A stretch of 63,745 nucleotides of DNA, the filler included, from Chiloscyllium plagiosum (Eukaryota), in NCBI RefSeq assembly GCF_004010195.1. It is 4 parts of one record of this genome, joined end to end, with 100 filler letters (N's around TTAATTAATTAA, not from the genome) between each part and the next. Parts side by side here need not be neighbours in the genome. Positions count along the whole stretch, not along the records: positions 25,934 to 52,219 come from NC_057711.1; 3 more parts are not named here. One strand, written 5' to 3'. The notes beneath the pieces are model-generated. The model was not told the origin of the DNA. It worked only from the letters and a program-made list of their open reading frames with translations, and did not search any database. Of this stretch, positions 39,111 through 51,307 are shown one piece after another. The position numbers and the translations under genes were made by a program. The first letter of the stretch is position 1. Each line of letters starts with the position of its first letter.

Positions 39111-40090
39111 TTGAGGTGGTATTTTGGCTCGGATAGTGAATTGACTAATGGGCAGGCAACAGCAAGTGGGGATTGGGGTTCTCTTTCTTGTTGATGACCT
39201 GTGTCTAGTGGGGTTCCACAGAGATCAGTGCAGGGACTGCAACTATTTACAATATAGATTAATGACTTGGGTGAAGGAAGCAAATGTACTGCAGCCAAGT
39301 ATGCAGATGGCACAAAAATAGGTGGAAAGGCAGGTTGCAAGAGAGACACAAGCAGTTTACAGAGTGATGTATTGATAGGTTAAATAAATGGGCAAAAAAT
39401 TGGCACATGGAATATAATGTGAGAAAGTGCGAAGCTATTCATTTGGAAGGGAGAATAAAAGAACAGGGTATTTTTAAATGGAGAAGGGGCCACAAAGGAG
39501 CTTGGAGGTATTTGTTCATGAAATAGAATGTTAGCATATAAGTGCAGGAGGTAATCAGGAAGGCCAACGGTATTTCGGCTCTTAATTCACATAGATTGAA
39601 ATACACGATTAGGGAAGTCTTACTGCAACTGTACAAGATACACATCTGGAACAGTTTCAGTCTCCTTATTTACAGAAGGATATCATTTCATTGGAGGCAG
39701 TTCAGAAGAGGTTCACTAGGCTGATACCTATTGGGGGATTGTTTTGTGAGCAAAGGCTAAATAGGTTGGGATTCTACTCACTGGAGTTTAAAAGAATGAG
39801 AGGTGATTTAATTGAGACATAAGGGGCTTGATAGGCTAAATGTTGACAAGATGTTTCCCCTAATGGGAGAGTCTAGGACCAGATGGCATAGTATCAGAAT
39901 GAAAGGGCACCAATTTAAGACTCAGATGAGGAGGAATTTCTTCTCAAAGAGTTCAGAATCTTTGGAACTCCTTGTCTCAGAGAACTGTGAATGCAGAGTT
40001 CTTGTGTACAATTAAGGCTGAGATAGATAGATTTTGATCATTTGGGGAATCAAGAGTTATGGGGAAAAACACAGGGAAGTGGATATGAAG
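39111..40090 (+). mobile_element. CR1 LINE 3' fragment (probable tail at 45822-45872)
   Basis: SGVPQRSV...FTI*INDL...KYADGTK; EVLLQLYK. Confidence 0.85.
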
Positions 40091-40094
40091 GACA

Positions 40095-40630
40095 TCAAAG
40101 TATACCCAGGTGTGAGATTCAGTGAGAATGTAATGGTTGAAACTTTTTCATTTAACACAGAAATGTTACTCTTGCTGCTCAGCTTCATCAAGGTCCTCAA
40201 ATCCAGTGCCAAGTTTCTGGTTAGCAGGGTAGCAATGTTACCTGCACTCCTGTAAGGATACTGTGCACCAAACTCCTCAAATCCCTCAAGCAAAGTCACT
40301 AGTGATGCCTCCACAAAATTTTCCAAACTTTACTGCCAGAATAGTTGCTCTGTCCTCTGTCAGGCCAACACCCTCAGAATTAAGGCACTGGTTGCTGTCA
40401 ATCTATTGTGGTAGGTAGGCCAAATCATCTATATTCTTGAGACATCACACTAACACAAGTTCTCTGCTCCGGGTTCCATTGTAACAACAAATTACCAGGA
40501 AGACAGAGGAAATATGACAAGGATGCCCAAAAAGCCTTGCAAAAATCATGTGACATTCCCACCAACTTGAAGAAATCTCTAGACCAAGATTGACTGAATG
40601 GATGATGAAGCATCCCTGAGTGCTGGTGGT
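40095..40630 (+). mobile_element. RTE-clade LINE C-terminal fragment
   Basis: PGRQRKYDKDAQKALQKSCDIPTN...LDQD..W resembles the RTE/BovB ORF C-terminus. Confidence 0.6.
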
Positions 40631-40965
40631 TGATGGTATTTGGTAGTAGTGGTGGCATTGGTGGCACTTGGTGGTGAGTCAGTGATGGTTGGTGATGTTT
40701 GGTCGTGGTTGGTGATGGTTGGTGAAGGGTGGAGATGGTTGGTGTCAGTTGGTGATGGATGATAATGGTTGATGGTGATTGATGATGAATGTGTTGATGG
40801 GTAATGATTGATAATGGTTGGTAATGGTTCGTGTCAATTGGTGATAATTGTTGGCATTATTTGTTATTTAGTGGTGGTTTGTGCTGCTTGATGATAGATG
40901 GTGTCTCTTGGTAATGGTTGGTATCAGTTGGTGGTAGTTGGCGATGTCTGTTGATGGTTGGTGGC
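40625..40965. repeat. Degenerate (GATGGTTGGT)n-like tandem repeat
   Basis: Visible GGT/GAT-rich ~10-bp periodicity. Confidence 0.85.
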
Positions 40966-41466
40966 ATCTCCTTCTTGAAAAGCATCATCCTGATAAAAGA
41001 CATGTAAACCAAGGTATGGCTGCATTCCACCGAGGTGGGTGGTTGAGAGGATAGAGTAGGTGTGACGCTAGACTTTGCAACCAGCATCAAAAACCCCACC
41101 CTATCTAAGGCTGAATCTGATTAATCTCTGAATTACTACAGACTGCAGTAATACACTGGATCATTAGTTGGCAGTGCAGATGACAAAGGCTGCTTTGTAC
41201 AGGGCACCTCAATTTTGAAGGAACACCTGTTTCCAGATGTAGCAACACGGTATTCTGGAGCTGAGAATGGGTCAGGAACAGGAGCAACTGTAACCTGGTG
41301 ACCAAGTCAGGTCTTGAATGTCAATAAAATGCCCCTTAATCAAGCTTGGATCTGTAGTTGAGCTAATAATAATTCTAACTAGCGACCCCACATCAGTCCC
41401 AAAATCAAAAGAGAAAATGCTGGAAAATCTCAGCAGGTCTGGCAGCATCTGTAAGGAGAGAAAAGA

Positions 41467-41503
41467 GCTGACGTTTCAAGTCTAACTGACCCTTTGTCAA
41501 AGC
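41467..41503 (-). ncRNA. Variant hammerhead motif with U3/A8 core
   Basis: Minus strand: GCT-TTGACAA-A-GGGTC(AGTTA)GACTT-GAAA-CGTC-AGC. Confidence 0.7.
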
Positions 41504-41654
41504 TCAGGAGGCGAAGGAGCTGAAAGAAAGGGATAGAGTCCTTAGAGGACGTAGGGTGAGAAGAGCTGTAGTCCAGATAGCTGTGGGAGTCAGTGGGCTT
41601 GTAATGGATATTAGTGGATAGACTATTGCCGGAAATGGAGACAGAAAGGTCAAG

Positions 41655-41733
41655 ATGCTGCCTGACCTGCTGCGCTTTTCCAGCAACACATTTCCATCTC
41701 TGATCTCCAGCATCTGCAGACCTCACTTTCTCC
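41655..41733 (+). mobile_element. 79-bp PLE-terminus insertion nested in another PLE
   Basis: 14-bp TSD ACAGAAAGGTCAAG (41641-41654, 41734-41747); matches 23060-23138 and ends CTCACTTTCTCC. Confidence 0.92.
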
Positions 41734-43014
41734 ACAGAAAGGTCAAGGAAAGGAAGGCAAGTGTCAGAGATGGACCAGGTGAAGGTGATGGTGGGATGGA
41801 AACTGGAAGCGAAGTTTATGAATTTTTCCAGGCCAGGAGGAGAGTATGAAGCCGCACTGAAATAGTCATCGATGTACCGATAAAGCAGTTGTGGGAGGGG
41901 ACCCGGTTAGGCCCGGAACAAGAAAGGTTCCACATACCCCATGAAAAGGCAGGCATAGCTAGGACCCATGTGGGTACCCATTGCTACACCTTTGATTTGG
42001 AGAAAATGGGATGAGTTGAAGGAGAAGTTGTTGAGAGAGAGAACAAGTTCAGCCAGGCAGAGGAGAGTAATGGTGGATGGAGATTGTTCGAGCCATTTTT
42101 GAGAAAGAAGCGAAGAGCTTTCAAGCCGTCTTGGTGTGGGATGGAGGTGGAAAGAGATTGCACATGCATGGTGAATAGAAGGTGGTTAGGGCCTGCGAAT
42201 TGAAAGCTGTCAATGTGTCACAGGTCATCAGAGGAATCCCGGATATAGGTGGGGAGGGAGTGAACCAGAGGAGTAAAGATGGAGTCAAGGTAGGAGGAAA
42301 TAAGTTCAGTGGGGCAGGAACATGCTGACACAATGGGTCTGCCGGGACAGTCCTTCTTGTGGATTTTAGGGAGTAGGTAGAAATGGGCTGTCCGGGGTTG
42401 GGAGACTATGAGGTTGGAAGCTGGCGGGGGGGAGGCATCCGGAGGAAATGAGGTCAGTCACGATGTTGGAGACAATGGCTTGATGCTCAGTGGTGTGGCC
42501 ATGCTCCAGGGGGAGGTAGGAGGAGGAATCTGAGAGTTGGCGCTCAGCCTCTACGAGGTAGAGGTCAGTACGCCAGATGACAACAGCACCTCCTTTGACA
42601 GCAGGTTTGATGACAAGGTTGGTGTTGGACCTAAGGGAGTGAAGGGCAGAAAGTTCGGATGGAGAGAGGTTGGAATGGGTAAAAGGGGCAGAGAAATTAA
42701 GGCGGCCAATGTCCCATCGACAATTGTCAATGAAAAGATCAAGGGCAGGAAATTGTCCTGGCGGGGGTGTCCAATTAGAGGTGGAATGTTGGAGGGCTGT
42801 GAAAGGATCTGTGGAGCGGGGGGAGGACTTTTGCCCAAAGAAGTGAGCACGAAGGCAACGGAAGAAGAAGAGCTCAGCATCATGTCAAGCCCAGAATTCA
42901 TTGAGGTGGGGACGTAAGGGTACAAAGCTGAGTCCTTTGCTAAGAACAGCACGCTCAACCTCAGAGAGGGGAAGGTCAGAGGATATGGTGAACACACGTA
43001 TCCTAAAATCACTG

Positions 43015-43118
43015 ATTCTGAGGAAGGGTCATTGGGCCTGAGATGTTAAGTTTGACTTCTCTTCACAGATGCTGCCAGATGTGCTGACCTTTTCCAGCAA
43101 CTTTTGTTTTGTTTCAGC
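43015..43118 (+). mobile_element. Degenerate PLE terminus with decayed hammerhead
   Basis: CTGAGGA-A-GGGTC(ATTG)GGCCT-GAGA-TGTT, then CAGATGCTGCCAGA...TTCCAGCA. Confidence 0.65.
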
Positions 43119-44110
43119 CACAAACTCAACTGGGCTGGGAGAGTAGAGCAATGTCCAGAAGTTGGGGATGGTGACCTGGGGGAGGACAGAATCTCAACTT
43201 CAGACTTGATCAGACAGATATAGAAGAGAAGGTGGGTGGCTTGGTGCTCCTGGATGAAGACCCCCCCCGCCCCCCCCCACATCCCCCCTGGTGAACTCAA
43301 GGAATATTTGAAAGAGATACTTGTCCACTGAGGTAAAATCTGGTCTGTACTAGACCAAGGGAAATCCTGTCCACTTCTCTTTTCATCAATCTGGTGGCTA
43401 AAATCAACTCCAGGACTGGGCATGAACATGAAGAGGTGATGCCAATAATTTTGCTGTGGCATTGGCAGAGAGTTCAGCCCTGCTCTCCCAACCCCCATTC
43501 TCCGCAGGAGACTCACAACACCTTTGTCTTGAAGATCTCAGTAACCAGCATCAGTAGTAGCACCGAGGCATGGCATAGATTTTGTAATTTCTCATTCCAA
43601 AATGAAGGGTGACATGCATTGTGCCACTTGCAAGAAACCTATCCAGTACTGGGAGATAATACCATGTGGCTTGTGATATGGTAAGGGAGAGTGCACGTGC
43701 ATCACGTGGTCTCAAACTCCAGTGGGGTGGCTGTCTTGTTAACCCTAATTTTTTGAAGCCTGAGATCTTCCAGGTCAAGAAGTATTTGCCAGGTCATTTG
43801 CTCCAACATATAATTTGATATGGAAGTATGGTGCTTCCATTTGTGAATGTTTATTCGTTGAAGGTAGGAGCAGAGCAAATGAGTTCCTTTGAAGAAGTTT
43901 CTGTTCTTTCCAGCTCCCTTTATGAGGTCAAAGGTAATTTCCACGGCAGAGCAGGGGGAGATGCTTTACCTGTAATCTCAAGAAGGGGGAGTGCGATGGG
44001 ACCTCATTCAGCTCAGCATTGATCGTCAAGTTGAGGGATTTGATCATGTTCTTTGACCTTTTGGACATCTTGTGAAATTTCTATCTCATTTTGAAAGGCC
44101 TAAAGGTTGA

Positions 44111-44383
44111 CAGCCTCTACCATTGGGGAGAAGGTACAGAAGTCTGAACACACGCACCAGCCGGTTTTGAAACAGTATCTACCCTACTGTTGTTAGAATA
44201 CTGAATGGGCTCACAAACTCTTAACATTCGACTGTTTCTGTGTTTTTATTTTTGCTGTTGTTTACCTATTATTTACTATCTATGCTACTTAACATGTGAT
44301 CTACCTGTATTGCTCACAAGACAAAGGTTTTCACTGTGCCTCAGTACACTTGACAATAAATTCAATTCAATTCAATTCAATTC
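44111..44383 (+). mobile_element. Rex1/Babar LINE 3' end
   Basis: QPLPLGRRYRSLNTRTSRF*NSIYP; tail TTTTCACTG...TGACAATAAA(TTCAA)n. Confidence 0.82.
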
Positions 44384-44904
44384 AGTGCTTGTGGGATCGG
44401 CTGCCTTGATATTTTGAAAGTGCAGCTTTCTTGTATTCCGATGGCTCATGGTCTTCCTCACATTCTGGTGTGGGTGGAGTTTGTTCTGCTCTGTGCTCAG
44501 GTGGGGTCAAGGTGTCAGTCTGCTGCTGGAACAGGAGCAGTTCCTGGACTCATTCTGTCACTCTTGGGGCTGGTTCGAGAAGGAACTTGTGATGTTTCTG
44601 CCTGAGCAGCTGATCGCTGACATGTTGTCGTGTCAGCTGGTCACTTTGGATCCACTTTTAGAGTTTGTTGCAAACACACAAAGAAAACTCAAGAGACTTT
44701 CTGGGAAATAAAGAAACATTTGGTTGCTGCTGAGATACTGAGCCTCCCGCTTAGGAAGGCATGTCAGCTGCTGGTGTGGCTCTACACAATGTTTGTGTCT
44801 TTCCCTTCAGGTCCTGTGGCAATACCTTTACACCAAGCCTCCATTCATGCTGTTTCTGTTTAGGCAGTGGTCGAGCTACTTCAAGGAATTTGCTGTTTCT
44901 CAGA

Positions 44905-45020
44905 ATTAAAAAAACAAAGGATTGGAGAAACTCAGCAGGTCTGTCAGAACCTGTGCAGAGAAAATAGTTAACATTTCAATATGACTCTTCATCAGAACTC
45001 TGCAGTATTTTGATTTATAC
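44905..45020 (-). mobile_element. Degenerate PLE terminus with decayed hammerhead
   Basis: Minus strand: AGTT-CTGATGA-A-GAGTCATATT-GAAA-TGTT-AACT (44966-44999), then ...ACCTGCTGAGTTTCTCC. Confidence 0.6.
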
Positions 45021-47420
45021 TGTCTGTCTTTTACCAAGAGCTGATCAAGACTGAGCTGCCTTGTACAGAAGCTCTGTTCCCCTCTAGGATTGTTGGTAAG
45101 AATTGTCCCAAAAGGTGTAAGGGGATAGTGTGGAAGTCATGCAGGGTTAGTGGTTTGGGAGGGTTGAAGACAATTTGTGCAAATGAGGGAGAGTGTTGCA
45201 CACAACAGAGGGATGATAGAGCATAAACAGGGGAAGCACGTTCACAGGAATGAGTGTGAGATAGCATAGAACAGAGTGTGCCATTTAGCCTGGTGGGGCC
45301 AAGAAGGTTATTGACCTTTTCTGCATCACAGTCCAATTCTTCCACACCCTGGAACTATCAATGTAGCAATCTCCATCCAAGTTGGTATGGGATGGTAGCA
45401 TGACTTCCTCTATTGGTCTGTGGGTAGAAGACTCTTCTCTTCTCAATCACCCCATCCATAAGGATCTCAATAAAGTGTGGTGCCAGCCTCCCCTTGTCTG
45501 ATATCTTACCTGACACCTTCCCTGACCAAGCAGGATAGCTTCCAAATGGCAGTGCTCTTGCGGGTTCACAGCAAGCTTTGAAAGATAGCGCGGATACAAG
45601 GGGCGCTAATATTAGGCCCGATATCCGGTGAGGAATGAGTTATCCCCAGAACAGTCTGTGATAAGATGAGGTGGAAATTGGACATGATACCTACCATAAG
45701 GGTGAAAAAGCTAATTAATGGGGTAAGATACAGCAAGAAAGCTTGCTTAGCCATCTGGCAAAAATCACTTCACCAAACCCAATATAATTTTCATTTAACT
45801 GAAAAAAAGGTAAGATTCAGCTGAATGATGAGCTGAATGCCCTCCTACTGCTCCTACCTCTATGGTCTTATATGACTATGTTATCGAGTAGAAAATTAAA
45901 AGCATGATCACATTGATAATATTGAGTTTAATTATTTTGCCCACTGGAACATTATTATTATTGTTCTGATTATATCACATTTTAAATTGGATTTTTTTAT
46001 CATTGCAGAATCTTGACACTGTCTCCACTTTAAAAATGTGTTTGCTTTTCAAGATTTCAAACTGTCATTTAAATTCTGTTTTAAGGCAGATATTTTATCA
46101 TGCATGTTGCTTATTTAAGCATTTTAATTATCAGTTCAATTGTTAAAAAAACTGATGCATACACCTACACGATTCATTGCCATCAATTCATGTGACTATC
46201 TGCTCCTTCAATTAAAACTTGAACAACATCCCTTGTATGTATGTCACTGAACATGCCATTCTAATGTCTCTGAATGAAATGACTCCTACATGAGCTTCAC
46301 AAATATAATGTGAGTGTTGTCATTTCAGAGAGGCTAGCAAATAAAAGCTCTTTCCATCAGGTAAATGTGCAGTTCAGGAAACTAAACAATTCGTGTCAAA
46401 AGATTTTTAGAATCCAATAAATGGATAATTAAAGTCCCATTGATTTCAAGGTTTAGTAATTTAGAAGTATTTGAAACAGAGCTTTAGTACCAGCTATAGA
46501 CTCCAGATCTTTCGTAATGTTTTTCTTTATCTCTTACTAAATTATGGATGGAATGTTGTAAAGATGGCATGACTCCAGCTATTGAGAATACATCATAGTT
46601 TTCTAACACTAAGCAGGGAATCCTTCTTCCAAAGTCAGCACCTGCAGTTCCCATTGATTGCTGTATTTCAACTTGCTTCAATTGGAATTTAAACCAGGCA
46701 TCGAGTTGACATAAATCAAAAGACCAAAGGGATGTTTTCCTGGGACTGACAAGCAACACAGCATGTACTGGAAATTTGGCCAAATCCTTTTCAGGTACAT
46801 GCTCCACGTTGCCCAGATTTTTGATATTCCATGTGTCTGAACAATATATGGTTTATTTTTAATGTACATTTAATTCGAAGATCAGGTATTCGGCTGCCTC
46901 ATGATACCAAAAAAGATTTGCGTCTGCCAGGTAAGGTTCCAATTTTCCTGATTATATTTAATTGATATCACCATGGCAAATCAGATCAATCCTCTCTTCC
47001 CCTCATTGCTAACTAAACCCCTGAAACATTGTTCCACATTAAGCTTCAGGTCAATATGCAAACACTAAGGGCACATCAAGGAGACGGAAAGTTATTTGAC
47101 ACTTCAACCAGGGATACTCACTCTCATCACGATAGAGTCTTCTGACTTAGTCAGTGACTTTGCTTAAGAAGGTGTGGCTGCTAATGAGGCAGGTAAGGGA
47201 GCCCGGTGAGCTGGAGTCTTGGCCATTGCAATTGTCCAACAGGTTTGAGAGGTTTTTATCAGCTTGATTAGATGAGAATGAGAGCTTCAAGCTGAATGAA
47301 ATGATTGATCATGGTACAGAAAACTATTGGAGGGGGCAAAAAGAATGTAGTGGTAACAAGTGACACTATAGTGAGGGATTATGCTGTTCTGGGCAACAAA
47401 GTGCATGAGTCCAAACAATC

Positions 47421-47614
47421 TGGTTTCCTCTCACAGTTTAGGATGACTGGCCATGCTAAATTGCCCATAGTATCCAAGCGAGGTGGTTTAGCCATGGAAA
47501 ATGTTGGGTTATAGGGATAGGGTAGTTGGTTGGTCTGAGTGGGGTGATCTTTGGAGGATCGGTAGGGGCTCAATTGGCCAAATGGCCTGCTTCCACACTT
47601 TGGGGATTCTATAA
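47421..47614 (+). mobile_element. HE1-type SINE 3' half
   Basis: GGTTTCCTC...GGCCATGCTAAATTGCCC...GGCCTGCTTCCACACT. Confidence 0.8.
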
Positions 47615-48599
47615 TTAGAATTATCTGCTATCTGCTCAGGACCAGTGTTCAGGATATTCACTATGGGGTGGAGAAATTTCAGTGAAGGAGGGAAGGATCC
47701 AGTCAACATGGTCCATAATGATATCAGTGAAACAAAGAACAACAGAATTGCTCGAGGTTCTCTGGCAGTTTTTGTTTCAGTTTGTTTCAGAACTCCAGCA
47801 TCCTCAGTTTTTTGTTTTATTTTGATACCAATGACATAGTCAGAATTTGGAAAGAGTTTCTGCTGAGGAATGATGAGTCACTAGGCATGAAATTAAAAAG
47901 CAGTACCTAAACTATAATAATTTTTGGATTACTACTTGAGCCATGGGGTAAATTAATATAAAATGATTAAGATTAGAAAAATGGATACAACACTAGAGGA
48001 TAGTGTGGCAGAAGTGTGTTCCAGTTCACAAGGCACTGACATCAATACTGTGGCAAGTATAAACGAATCTTTGGCATTGTCTGTATCTGAACCGTGCTGA
48101 GACTGATGTTCCACAAGCTACATAACTAGAGAAGTAGAGAGGGCTTTAAACTAAACATTGACGTGTGAGGGATCAAGTAGATCTAACAAATCAAGGGTGC
48201 AGTTGAGCAGGGGAACAAAATAATAATATGGGAAAGGTAAGTCAGAGAATGGTAGCGGGGAATAGAGAGTAAAATAAAGGATGCACCAACAGTTAAGATT
48301 AGATATTAAGAAAAAAGACAAAGCTAAATCAGTGTTAATTAATTAATGTGTGCATTAACTAATGAACTCATGTAAAATCACCTGGAAGTAGCGGTGACCA
48401 CAATATGGGTTAAATTTTAAATCCAGTTTAGTAAAGAGAAGAGTGGGTCTAAGACATGTGTTTTAAATTTAATTAATGGCATTTGGGCATGAAAGTTGAG
48501 CTAGCTTAAAGGAGTAGTGAAGTAGTGGCAGACATTTAAAAGGATTTTTCAGACTACTTTACGATGGACCATTATCTAAACAAGTTAAGGAAAGCGTAT

Positions 48600-48663
48600 G
48601 TGGACTTGTTGGGCCGAAGGGCCTGTTTCCACACTGTAATCTAATCTAATCTAATCTAATCTA
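48600..48663 (+). mobile_element. 64-bp HE1/CR1-type tail with 29-bp flanking direct repeat
   Basis: GTGGACTTGTTGGGCCGAAGGGCCTGTTTCCACACTG(TAATC)n flanked by ATTATCTAAACAAGTTAAGGAAAGCGTAT (48571-48599, 48664-48692). Confidence 0.9.
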
Positions 48664-50374
48664 ATTATCTAAACAAGTTAAGGAAAGCGTATAATTTAAG
48701 ATGAAAGCACACAATTGAACAAACATAAGCAGCAAGTCAGATGATTGATTGGAATGTAAAGAATGAAAAAGAATGGCTAAAAGGCCAATCAGGAAGAGGA
48801 AAGTAGTGTATGAGAGGAAGCTAGCTAGAAATGTAAAAATAAATTTATGAGTTTCTACAGCTACTTAAAAAGGATAAAAAGAGTAAGCAAAGTAAGTATT
48901 GATCCTCTTAAAACTGAGAATGGGGGAAAAATAGTAAATGAGGAAATGGAAGATAAAATGATGAATATTTGATTTCTCTTTTCATTGCAGAGAATACAAA
49001 CAAACACCAAAGTGATAATTGTTAAACATGAAGGTGGAAGTGAGAGAGAATCTTGTGAAATCAGAAAGTGATACTGAGCAAACTGATGGAGCTGCAGATT
49101 GACAAGTCCCTGGGACTTAATTCTAAGGACTTAACTGTAGCCAATGAGGTAGTGTATGTGTTGGTGTTAAGTTTCCAAACTTCTCTAGAGTCCAGAAAGG
49201 TTCCATCAGATTGAAAGCAGCCAATGTGATCCTCCTATCCATGATTGAGAAAGTTGATGTTTGTTGTAGGGAATGTGTTCAAATCAATCATTAAGGAGAT
49301 TATAGTTGTGTACTCATGAACTGAGGAATATACAACAAGGAGTAAGATTGGGTCAGTCAGCTCCGTGAGCTTGCTCTGCCATTCAATAGGATTATGGCTG
49401 ATCCAAGTTTAACCTCAATTCCACATTCCTGCATACCCCTGTCTGATATAAATCGGTTTAGCGAATGGTAAAAATTTGGCAGAGTGAGTACAGAGTGGGA
49501 AAGTCACTTTGAAAAATATAAAGTGAAAGGAAGGAGTCAGCATAGTTTCATGGAAGAGAAATCATGTTTAAAGAAGAGAGAGACATATTAGCATGGATAA
49601 AAGATAGACTGGTTGTCAGAAAACAAAGAATTTGCCTAAATGCATCTTTCTCTAATTGGTGAGATATGTTGAACGGGGTCTCATCTGTGAATTTTCAGAG
49701 CCTCAATATTTTACAATCTCCATCAATGACCCAGATGAGGGAAGTGAAGCTAGGGAAGCTAAATGTCTAACTCACACAAAAGTAGATAGGAAAGTGTATT
49801 TTGAAGAGGACATGAGGTTATTCACTGATAGGGATAGATTAAATGAATGGTAAAAAGAAATGTCAGATTAAATATAAAATGGGAAACTCACTTTGGTAGC
49901 AAGAACAAAAAAAACAAGATTATACTGAAATCAAGGATAACTGCAGTATTCTGTAGTACAGAGGGATCTTGGTGTTCTGGTGCATGTGTCACAAAATGTT
50001 GGTATGAAGGTACCCCAAGTTATTAAGAAGGCTAATAGAATGCTTTCTGCTTTACAAGAGGAATTGAACATAAGGATATTACTCTTCAGTTATATCAGTT
50101 ATTGATGAGACCACATCTTGATCAGTGTGTGCAGCTTTGGCATCCATATTTAAGGAAGGACACAAAGATGTTGGAGGCAGTTCAAAGGAGGTTTACAGAC
50201 TGATACTCAGAAATAGTGGGTTGCATTATGAGAAAAATGTTTGACAGACAGGGTTTGCTTTCAGAGGAGTTTAAAAGAGTGAGGGGTGGAATAACTCCAC
50301 AGAGGCCTGTATCCCATCACCAGTCACCCTTTACATGTGCATTGTAATTGGTACTTGTTTGGTTTTGTCAGATT

Positions 50375-51307
50375 CGAGAAGTGTGGTGCAGGAAAAGCAC
50401 AGCAGATTAGGCAGCATCCGAGGAACAGGGGAATCAATGTTTCAGTCACAAACCCTTCATCAGGAATTTGGGGGGAATGTGGGCCGACAGATAAATAAAA
50501 GGTTGGGGCTGGAGGGAGGTAGGTGGGAAAGTAGATGCAGGTGCGGGATGATTGCAATAGGTCAGTGGATAGGTAGGAAGGAAGATGGACAGGTAGGACA
50601 GGTCAAGAGGGTGGTGCCGAGTTGAAGGGTTAGATCTGGGATGAGGTGGGGCGAGGGGAGATTTGGAAACTAGTGAAGTTGATGTGGATGCCGTGTAGTT
50701 GAGGGGTCCCGAGCCAGAAGATGAGGGGTTGTTCCTCCAGTTGTTGGGAAGCTTGGATTTGGTGGTGGAGAAAGCCAGGGATTTGCATGTCCTTGGGGGA
50801 ATGGGAAGGGGAGTTGAAGTGGTAAGCCAGAGGGTGGTGGGGTTGTTTGGTGCGTGTGTCGCAGAGACGTTCCCTGAAACACTGCATGAGTTGACGTTCT
50901 GTCTCCCCGATGTACAGGAGACCACACCAAGAGCAACAGACACAGTAGGTGGGTGGATATGCAGAAAAATCTCTGCCGGATGTGAAGAGATCCTTTGGGG
51001 CTTTGGACGGAGGTGAGGGGGGCGATGGGGGCACAGGTTTTATAGATATGGTGGAGGCAGAGGAATTAGGCATAAGGGAAAGCGTTTTTATGGAGAGAGC
51101 ATGGGGGGGAGGCGGGAGGAGGTGTAGTCCAGGTAGCTGTAGCAGTTGTTCACTTTGAAATAGATGTCCATATTGTGTCGGTCACCGGAGATGGAGATGG
51201 AGAAGTCCAGGAAGTGTGGTAGAATGTCCAAGATCATCCAGGCGGACTTAAGACCAGGGTGGAAGGTGTTACTGAAGTTGAACTGTTCAACCTCCTTGTG
51301 GGAGCAC
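50375..51307 (-). mobile_element. PLE arm (RT end, GIY-YIG, terminus with hammerhead at 50431-50468)
   Basis: FLDFSISISGD...YLDYTSS; YCVCCSWCGLLYIGETERQL...HFNSPSHS...EEQPLIFWLGT; CTGATGA-A-GGGT(TTGT)GACT-GAAA-CATT. Confidence 0.9.

Larger units (their letters stand above)
41405..42990 (-). mobile_element. Penelope-like element: N-terminal domain + RT fused directly to the 3' terminus (GIY-YIG absent)
   Basis: Minus-strand motifs VLSKGLSFVP (~42920-42950), [16 protein letters not shown] (~41945-41992), RYIDD (41865-41879) and HYKPTDSHSYLDY...IPF.QLLRL, then the terminal hammerhead. Confidence 0.9.
47180..50290 (+). mobile_element. Old, heavily interrupted CR1 (ORF1 SGNH remnants + ORF2 remnants)
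   Basis: AIVQQV / VVTSDTIVR (ORF1-like), DKSLG, SQHSF, FTISINDPDEG, LMRPHLDQCVQLW. Confidence 0.7.

Noticed and set aside
46484..46807. 107-aa ORF in unique DNA (similarly 57160-57405, 62061-62437, 37830-38129)
   Set aside because: No recognisable domain or convincing splice signals; the lengths are compatible with chance.
47719..47836. Possible sixth 14-bp-TSD PLE-terminus insertion (TGATATCAGTGAAA / TGATACCAATGACA)
   Set aside because: Three mismatches, no hammerhead and a decayed terminus; too weak to count.
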